A stretch of DNA of 63,876 bases, counting the filler, from Bigelowiella natans CCMP2755 (lineage: Eukaryota; Protista; Cercozoa): assembly GCA_000320545.1 (NCBI GenBank). It is 5 parts of 5 records of this genome, joined end to end, with 100 filler letters (N's around TTAATTAATTAA, not from the genome) between each part and the next. Parts side by side here need not be neighbours in the genome. Positions count along the whole stretch, not along the records: positions 30,352 to 61,049 come from ADNK01002556.1; positions 61,150 to 62,621 come from ADNK01000076.1; positions 62,722 to 63,876 come from ADNK01000448.1; 2 more parts are not named here. One strand, 5' to 3'. This document shows positions 54,978-63,876 of the stretch, piece after piece. The notes under the pieces were generated by a model. It worked only from the letters and a program-made list of their open reading frames with translations, did not search any database and had not been told where the DNA came from. Positions within the stretch are counted from its first letter, which is position 1; the number at the start of each line of letters is the position of its first letter. The position numbers and the translations under genes were made by a program.

Positions 54978-55775
54978 GTTTTCTGTCTCATCATCCAAGT
55001 AGCTGATTGCTTTTAAAATTATAGCCGTAGTAGTAGTAGTAGTAGTAGTGGTAGTAAGTTGTTGATTGAAGCCCCTCCCTCCCTCCCTCTTTTCACATGA
55101 TGCTGCTACTGCTGGTATCATCATGTGGACCTCTCAATAGAACTTTTTTTCCCTGGAATAACTGGAATGGCAAGAAGATCTCGAGCAACCTACGAATAGG
55201 GAGGGGGGGGGGGAGGAGGAAGAATGCTAATGTGATGTATTGTGTCATAACAGACCTATAAACTACTATTCTCCTACTGAGTATTGACTGCCAATATCAT
55301 AATTATACACTTAAATTCAGTATATAAATATTCCTCTAAATTCACTACTCCTGGTCAATACTGTCTTTTTCATCATTATCATCCTCTTCTTCTTCTTCTT
55401 CCTCCTTCTCACTACTACTACTACTACTACTACTACTTGCTGGTATACGCCTAGCATTTCTTCCGCTGTTGCAATGGCCTCCGTATCTGTCGCATGGGCT
55501 GTATGACCCTCTTGCCATAAGAACTCAGCTGATCTGATAATAATAATAATAATCATGCCCACACAAGGAGTCAGCCATTCTACTCAAAGCACAGGCACAA
55601 GTGAATTATTGTTGTAATATTAATACTAGCATAGGAATAATGAAGATTGTTTTTGCACGTAGTAGTACCTTAAGAAAGGCCTAGTTCGTAGTTCCCATCG
55701 TACAACATTTGCCCTTATTATTGTTGTTGCAAATGGTATTACATCAATCATAATGGCGCACACACACATACACAT

Positions 55776-55833
<58 letters not shown>

Positions 55834-55918
55834 ATAATAGAGAGGAAAGAGAATGGTGATGATCCATCTATGATAATAATATTGATGATGACTATTTCCA
55901 GAGAAAGTTATTAAGATA

Positions 55919-55957
<39 letters not shown>

Positions 55958-56028
55958 GTATGTGTGTGTGGGTGTGTGTGGGTGTGTGTATTTTATTTAT
56001 GTATCAATCAGTGGTGATCATTGTCGTC

Positions 56029-56062
<34 letters not shown>

Positions 56063-56227
56063 TTATATCAGCAACCATTGTTGAAGTAGTAGATATGATC
56101 TTCTTTAATCGATGTTGTTGTTGTTGTTGTAGATGATGATGATGATGGTTAATAACCAACCACTGGTTGATCTTGAGTGGGAGGTCCCTGTGAGATTGAA
56201 TCCAATTTTTGAACATATACCTAGTAA

Positions 56228-56262
<35 letters not shown>

Positions 56263-56823
56263 ATAGTACTTTGATCATAATAATGATAATTTATCAGAAA
56301 GTTGTTACTTTATTGATAATTGTTATAGTAGTAGTAGTAGTAGTAGTAGTAGTGTATTTGATTCTGCCACTGCTAGTGATAATGATGATAATGATGATGA
56401 TGATGATGATGATGATGTACACCCTCTCATATATCTATTCATCTTCATGTTTTTGTTCGTCATCATCCTTTCTGTCTCCCATCTCTTCTGCCTCGTTTTT
56501 CTTCTTCTTCTTCCTCTTCTCCTTCTTCTTGTTCTCACCAAATCATAGTCTCACTGGTGGGGCGTACGACAAGAGGCTCTTCCAACTTTGAATCCTACAG
56601 GACAGAGAATGCAAGTAATGAGCATAATGATGATGATGATTGATGGTGATAAGGAGGAGAGTAGTACTGGATCAGGTTCAAGGCCATTCCCATCAGGCCT
56701 TGTCCTTAAACGGTGGTGAGTAACCTGCATATGCATCATCAAGATATATGACTATATAGCTGCATGATGTGTTATTAGTATCATACCACGGCACATTCCT
56801 TTGCAAAACCGTCAACATGCTCC

Positions 56824-56862
<39 letters not shown>

Positions 56863-57285
56863 ATCTATGAATCAATGAATGATCTGCAGCACAATAGCAT
56901 GATGATAATAATTGTTAAAGATAAAAATCACCAACCGCTTCTTTGGATAAAAATGATTGAGGGATAAACAATGGGAAGTAAGCATTCATAGCTCCTGAAC
57001 CCTAACGAATAACAATAATGACTGGCAATTAATAATAAAAAGAATAGCCGACAACAATATATTAAATAATGATGATTATATGATGAATCATAAGTTACTT
57101 AGTCGGCACATAAAGGATAACGAGGAGGAGGAGGCGGAGAAACCAAGAAGAAATGTAATTGAGGAAATGAAGAAATTTTCCTTCACACATTATAAAAATG
57201 ACGACGACGATGATGATAATGATGATAGTGATATTGTTGATGGATAATTTGTCGCCGTTGTCCTGTAAATATATTATATCTCCTT

Positions 57286-57318
<33 letters not shown>

Positions 57319-57379
57319 TGATCTTTTTATCCAGTTCGTCTCGTAGAGATTCCCAGATTGCCATTCCCGTTGGCCTATT

Positions 57380-57418
<39 letters not shown>

Positions 57419-57902
57419 CAAGATGATGTGTTTGTAACAATGTTGGTATATCTGACGAGGGTTAGTAGTAGTAGTAGTTGTTGTTGTAGTAGTAGAGGGT
57501 GGATGCTGATATCATCTTGCGAAGTAACCAGCCGTTGGAATCATTGCCGTGAATTGCTCATCATCATCATCATTTTGTTGTCCGTTTGTCCGTTCGCTGT
57601 ACGTAGACTAATAATAGCTTTCCGCTACTATTGCTAATACTACTACTAATAATACTAATACTAATACTGCTGCTGCTGATGCTTACCTAATCACCATGCA
57701 GCCTTTCACAGGGGAGTTTTCAACCAATTCAGCTTCCGAAATGACGTCTAGATACCTGATAATGATGATGTTGATGATGAACAAGGTTGTGAGTAAAAGT
57801 GCGTGAATCCTCCATAGATGGCATGGAATGGAGGATGAGGAACTGGGTGTGTACTTGTGTTTTTGTGCGTGGTTCTATGGTTGCTGCCAAAGAATGAAGC
57901 AT

Positions 57903-57936
<34 letters not shown>

Positions 57937-58599
57937 ACCATCTAGTTGTTCACAGAATTTGTGTTGTAATACCATAATGGACCATAGATAAGTCGTTTCT
58001 TCCTTCAAACACGTGCATGTGTTCATGAAAATTTACTACTACCAGATTGTTGTGTGTTGTGTGTCGTCCTACATGCCTATGACTTTTTCTCACCATTGAC
58101 TATAGTCTTGGTCTCTTGGAGTTATGCTGTTGCGATCTTGCTTCTCTTGAATAGGTGCTGCCTTGGTGCCCCCCCCCGCTTGCACTGAAATGGAACGCAG
58201 AGGAGCGTAATAACGAGGAGAAAAATAATATCCACGAAGCGACTGCTTTGTTTGGAATCCTGTTGCTACTGCTGAAAGCATCATCGTCGATGAAGGACTT
58301 CCATCACTATTTCGAAGTTTCAATTCGTTCAGATATGGACCAGCGCGTCGATTCATTGGTGGTGAGATCAGACTACGTGATGAGGTTCTCATCATTTCTC
58401 CTCCTCGTAATGTAGAAGAAGCTCTAGCGCCTCGAGACAGCATAAGACTGGCCACCCCTCCTATTAGAGTGTAAAGTAAGTCGAGTGGCGTTACATGCGT
58501 GAACAACGGTCATTGGTAGATTTAGAACTTTTGTGCGTTATATGATATAACCCCTTGAAGTAATTTTCATCACTTACAACCTCTGGAACTGAAGGACAT
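51457..58599 (-). CDS. proS: Prolyl-tRNA synthetase, organellar (eukaryote/archaeal-like type), about 25 exons, N-terminal targeting extension
   Basis: Spliced exons: [140 protein letters not shown]. Start codon and first intron uncertain. Confidence 0.95.
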
Positions 58600-59101
58600 G
58601 GCGGCGCACATAGCTACAAAGAGGAGGATGACTGACACCACAGTTAGTCGTCTTATCGCAATTATTCGAGCGGTGCTTCGTTCTTGAGCCTCCAGTAGTG
58701 TTAGACGATGTGGGAACATCTAATGGGGAGGCACAGAATTAGGTACGGTACCACCACACGAATTGTATCGTCGTTCGAGTGGTTGTGGTGGCTATTGCTT
58801 ACTAATTGTTGAAGCTCTGGTCTAATTTAAGGGGATATACGAACTTTATCGATAAAAGAAGAATGTCGCATCAACTATATTCCATTGTAAAATCACATTT
58901 TCAGGTTTTCAATCGAAAAACATCTGGTGAAAATAAGTTATGCAGTAGTGTAATCTGGGCAAGAAAAAACCTCGATCATACAAGCTGTAGTATGCAAACA
59001 ACAACAACAACAACAATAAGAACAATATATGAGGATCTAGGCAAAATAAGATCGAAGATATAACTAAATAATTAGCTATCGGTCACCATCACTGAAAGGA
59101 G

Positions 59102-59310
59102 TATGAAAATCACTTCGGTGAAAAAACATAGCTGGGAAGTCAAGGACGCGAACAGAATGACTAAGAACTAAGAACTAGATCTAAGGAGCCAAGAAATTCA
59201 TGATATTTGTTCAAGAATTTTTGACTTTCGCAATGTCCGTTATGAGACAACATCCACTATGAAAATCAACTTCGGTGAAAAAACATAGCTGGGAAATCAA
59301 GTAACAGAAT
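59102..59310 (+). repeat. Dispersed structured repeat, partial copy C (59102-59158) and copy B (59216-59310)
   Basis: Shares AATTTTTGACTTTCGCAATGTCCGTTATGAGACAACATCCACTATGAAAATC...CATAGCTGGGAA.TCAAG with 47212-47311. Confidence 0.85.
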
Positions 59311-59380
59311 ATCTAACAAACGAACTAAGGAAACAACACGAACAACAACTACGAGAGGAGGAGAAGTTGTAGCCGTAACA

Positions 59381-59842
59381 ATGGCGGTGCTGGTGCGCGC
59401 TGTGAGGAGGACACACTACGCACTAAGGCGTGTAGGTAGGCCTCCACCGAGCCCTTTTGTTTTGCCGCTCCTAGCCTTCGCACTGACACTTGCAAGCTGT
59501 ACCACATCGTTGAAGCAGCCTCCAATTGCAGCCTCAGCAGGTCAGAGCAACTAACAGCATATTCGGTGTCGTAGGTTGTTGTTGTTGTTGGTGGGGGTGC
59601 TTTCGAGGATAACAAATGAGTGAAGGGCCAACATATTGGCCTGTTTGATTCACACATAGCTCTGAAATATATGATGCAATCTTACTTGTATTCGTATTCA
59701 ACAGGTGGTGGTGGTGGTAGTGGTGACATTGAAGCACGAGAGGGGTGGCGTCATGGGGCTGCTGTGTCGGAGAAATTGACACAATTCACCAGCTCCATCA
59801 CGCAAAAATTCTCACAAACAGCTTATGCATTTAGAAGCATTT

Positions 59843-59885
<43 letters not shown>

Positions 59886-60769
59886 CTCCCATACACAGGA
59901 GCAGGGAAAAGAAGAGGATGATCCTCCTCTTCACATTCAGAGAGCTACTACTACGTCATCATCCTCCTTCTTCTCCTTATCAAAGCTGCAAAGGAAACGA
60001 CAGCAGCATGGTCATCATATTACTTCAGAGGGGGGGACAACTATAAGACCACAATTATTCTCACCGCTGGTAGTTGATGAATAACATTAAGGCATAGTAG
60101 TGCTCTTATGAATGACGAGAAACATTAATGCATAGAAGTAGTAGTGCTCTTATGAAATATCATCGATCAACATTCACATAAATATATTTAGTGTTCTTCT
60201 GAATAAATAACATCGATCAACACACAACATAATTATCGTCATATCATATGTCAGACCACATTGGGAACTTCGCAAGCTCAGACAGAAACAGAATTTGAGG
60301 ACGGATCTTTAAGCCAAAATGAAAACCATCGTGACAACACCAACAACAACAACAAAAACAACAACAACAATAGGAGATCGTCATCATCAATCTTCGGATA
60401 TGATAACAACCATAGAAGACACAAATATGGCACCAATATTTTAAAACATCGTGCAAAAAGAAAGCGCGGATATATTCTCGAATCTAGTGCAATCGGGGTA
60501 ATAGTACTACTAAGTAAATACTGGACATCACCATGGTGTCTTCTATTTCTATGCTCAGAGTAGTAGTAATATATTTATGTAAGATATCATAATATGTTAC
60601 TACTATCACTCACTAATATGTATCATCACCATGACCATCATTACCATCATCATCATCATCTTCTATCCCCTTCTCTGCTGCTACTTGCATATATTTCATT
60701 GTTGTAGAGTCGTTCGGATGGGGATACTACTGGGGGTGGTGCAAAGCGCTTGAAGACAACTGATACGGG

Positions 60770-60770
<1 letters not shown>
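59381..60770 (+). CDS. 5' part of a hypothetical low-complexity protein with possible signal peptide (cut by gap)
   Basis: ATG 59381 MAVLVRAVRRTHYALRRV|AFALTLASCTTSLK.., followed by Q/S/N-rich exons near 59620-60069, 60255-60497 and 60708-60770 with GT-AG ends. Confidence 0.45.
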
Positions 60771-60804
<34 letters not shown>

Positions 60805-61049
60805 GTGCGCGGTTCTTCTGCTTTTTAATAAAACTTGACACTTTGCACTAGATACTATTACTATTGCTGCTTAAAACCTACTTTATGCATTCTTCGCTAT
60901 TATATTATTATCTTCGCATCAATTGTCATAAAATCAACTGTTTGGAAATTTGAATATAGGAATAGAGTTAAACCATAATCGTTGCCCCCCCCCTAAACCC
61001 CCCCCCCCACCCCCCCCCTTGGGTTTTTTGTTTGAGTGTGTGTGTGTGT

Positions 61050-61149
61050 NNNNNNNNNNNNNNNNNNNNNNNNNNNNNNNNNNNNNNNNNNNNTTAATTA
61101 ATTAANNNNNNNNNNNNNNNNNNNNNNNNNNNNNNNNNNNNNNNNNNNN
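61050..61149. other. Artificial scaffold linker
   Basis: N run with TTAATTAATTAA. Confidence 0.97.
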
Positions 61150-61772
61150 TCCCCCCCCCCTCCTCTCCTTCTAAGTTCATTTCTTCTCCTTGCTTACCAG
61201 CTCGCTGCCTTGTTTGCCCTTCCGCAAGGGAGTCCTCCCCGTCAAAACATAGCTACAACACAGAGGGCGGGGGCACGGCAAAAGAAGGAAACCGAGAAAT
61301 CGTTTTTAAGGAGATAGTATCCCCCCCCCCTTCCCCGATGAATCTGTCCCAAATTCTCTTTCTACTAGGGCGCCACACACCCAATATTCCCGTCGGTGTC
61401 TGCATATCCGAAGTTGAGAGATATGAGTTCCGAGATGTAAGACAGCGTTGCATCGAATTCCTCAAAGCTCTTCACCCTTAGCAGCTAACGAGACATGTTT
61501 GCGGGGAGTCATTTCACAAGGATGCCGTTATTTATTTATTTCTCATTTATTATTTTTCTAAAAAAACTTTTTAACACGATGACTTCCTCCCGCTCGTGAG
61601 AATTGGCATGAAATTCAAATGCAGCTAGAAGGGCCGTCATCATTGCCATTTGCCTCAAGTGGAAGCAGCACCGAGATGGCGGTGTTTCAGTTCTTTCACG
61701 ATAGAACAGCCTTCACAATCTCCGTTTGCGTATTAATTGAGATTTGAAGATGGTACGTGTGGAAAAAAAAAT

Positions 61773-61814
<42 letters not shown>

Positions 61815-62566
61815 TCTACCCCCCACCATACCTTCACAATGCCGATCACAGCCCCAACCCTTCTTCTCGAAGGGAGGCCTTTGTACGACAGCGCTACGGA
61901 ATAGACAAAAAACGCATAGTTGGGGCGCGGGTTGTCCTCGTCGCAACAGGCATGATCGATATAATGGGAAAAATACAAATATTTATATATTTCAAAATTA
62001 TTTATTACATAATATGCTCTCTATTATTTCTCTGCACACCTCCTTTCCACTCCTTGCCATCAGCATTGCCTCCTGTATTTAAAAGCGGTCCTCAGAACAT
62101 CGACTCGATCAGTCAAGACACTTCCAGCACAGCAGGGGGGGGGGGGGGGGGGGGGGGGGTTCGAAATCTGTACCCCTGTGTTGGGTTCCCCAAAAACAAA
62201 ACATAAAAAATACCTAAAATTCTCATCGATGACTACTCGCATCATAATTATGAGCATGAGGGTTAAATCGAGTTACTTCTTGGCCTTGGTGGAATTCTTA
62301 TAATCAACCACTAGCCCTCCCTAAAATCCAGCAACCTGGTCCTAAAAAATGGTAGCCATCTTAGACCATCCATTAAAAACTGAAACCGCCTCCCCATAGT
62401 GGGGGCTAGTCAATTACCTCATTTGTTATCATTGTAACTTGCTCATCATGTTCGGGATAAAATTGCATCACAAATCGTGCTCCCTTCGTCAAACACCGGT
62501 ATAAGGAGGTGAAGAATGCCTTTGATAAATAGATGTTAAAGATTCTCTCAAATTTGCATTTTCGTG

Positions 62567-62618
<52 letters not shown>

Positions 62619-62621
62619 TGC

Positions 62622-62721
62622 NNNNNNNNNNNNNNNNNNNNNNNNNNNNNNNNNNNNNNNNNNNNTTAATTAATTAANNNNNNNNNNNNNNNNNNNNNNN
62701 NNNNNNNNNNNNNNNNNNNNN
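62622..62721. other. Artificial scaffold linker
   Basis: N run with TTAATTAATTAA. Confidence 0.97.
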
Positions 62722-63293
62722 TTCGTCCGCGAGCCAGAGACGCTCCCTGTAGCCCTGAATCGAAAAAGCTTATTATACATTGCAATAATGATGTATTGTA
62801 GTCAAAATAATCTAGTAAAATAAATTATATATATACCGCGCTAGTTCAAAGGCTGCATTGCTGCTACGCGATATACTGCATGCTCGCTGTGCACAATAAT
62901 GCTATGACATGCGTGTCGATATGTACAATCTGGCTATGTACGTAATGATATATGAGATATATACAAAAATTTATACATTTCATTACATCCGTCTCATATA
63001 CATACACGCATGCGTGTATGTGGTCATATGCTAGTATGGTTGTGGACCGAACCGATACAGCTGCGTAGCGTAGATTTTTATGCATTTATAAGCACGTTGA
63101 TCTTTGCTTCATGTATATGCTTATTAGGACACAATCCAATCTCTTTCGAAAACTACGGTTTTGATCATTGAAAAAGACATGTTCGTAACACATTCCACGG
63201 AGCGAAACAAGGCCTATCTGCAACGATTGCACTATTTTTATCCATTTAGTATTTCTCCAAACACACGTGGAGTCATAATCATCATCACTTAAT

Positions 63294-63704
63294 CTACTTT
63301 CTCTTCTTAGCAGCGGCAGCCTCAGCCTTATCAGCAGCAGCCTTAGCACGAGCTCCTGCACGCTTCTGGTCAGTGAGAGCCTTGCGAAGAACAGCAGCGA
63401 CATTAGCGTTTCTCTCTTCGTCAGTGATCTTACGAGCCTTAATTCTCTGTGAAGGCTGTGCGACAGGTAAGACGGTCTTGAGAGTGTTCTGCTCAACAGT
63501 CTCCATGGCTTTGATCTCCTTCGCATCAGCATCACCAGCTTTTGTCCTCTTGGAAGTTGGCTTACGTGGGTAGACAACAAGCTTACTTTTGTACAGCTTC
63601 AGACGGTCAACGTTGATTTTAAATCCCTCCTCCGATCGGTTCTTGCGGCGGTGATCTACGGCAATACCGAGACCCTGGGCCTCGCGCTTGTTAATGCCAG
63701 CAGC
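63294..63704 (-). CDS. RPL13: 60S ribosomal protein L13 (eL13), last exon
   Basis: cag|AAGINKREAQGLGIAVDHRRKNRSEEGFKINVDRLKLYKSKLVVYPRK...KKRK*, a typical eL13 sequence. Upstream exons lie beyond the window. Confidence 0.95.
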   Translation of the reverse strand, partial: AAGINKREAQGLGIAVDHRRKNRSEEGFKINVDRLKLYKSKLVVYPRKPTSKRTKAGDADAKEIKAMETVEQNTLKTVLPVAQPSQRIKARKITDEERNANVAAVLRKALTDQKRAGARAKAAADKAEAAAAKKRK

Positions 63705-63876
63705 CTGATTGTTATTTTGCTACTCAGTTGCAAGAAAGATATAGATATACATATATCGGAGTGCAACAGGATGATAGAGGCGGAACGAGAGTTTGGGGGG
63801 GGGGGGGGAATGATTGGCTGAGTGGCCCTAAGTAGTAAGAACTGCTGTAATATCTACTCAATTTCCCCTGAGCGAA

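Noticed and set aside
59216-59310. Possible hammerhead ribozyme in the dispersed repeat (TTATGAG...GAAA...hairpin)
   Set aside because: The core does not match CUGAnGA, and stem III is not followed by a properly paired UH cleavage site.
61150-62621. Small contig between linkers with short ORFs
   Set aside because: No consistent exon chain, transposase or RNA gene recognisable by eye.

Overview
Nuclear DNA from an intron-rich, microsatellite-rich photosynthetic protist. An LHC with a signal-peptide-plus-transit presequence implies a secondary plastid; chlorarachniophyte-like is my inference. The window is five contigs joined by artificial 100-bp linkers (N44-TTAATTAATTAA-N44). Most ORF-track entries are microsatellite noise; real genes were rebuilt by hand from GT-AG exons. 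They are: a signal-peptide MsrA-like protein, a C19 ubiquitin-specific protease (5' end lost in a gap), a PAS/PAC protein, an LHCX/LI818-like antenna protein, a stand-alone lipoyl-like protein, a Tubby-like protein, an organellar prolyl-tRNA synthetase, the last exon of RPL13 and several hypothetical genes. Two things stand out. (1) One 16-exon in-frame model (37209-44279, about 1261 aa) fuses a COLGALT-like GT25 glycosyltransferase, an F-box and a JMJD6-like JmjC hydroxylase, suggesting a cytosolic/nuclear, Skp1-linked hydroxylate-then-glycosylate enzyme. (2) Intergenic domains at gene 3' ends have lost most TpA in favour of TpG/CpA, sparing CTA/TAG contexts (only 2 TpA in 968 nt at 30352-31319). 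This resembles a regional, reverse-RIP-like A-to-G mutator.
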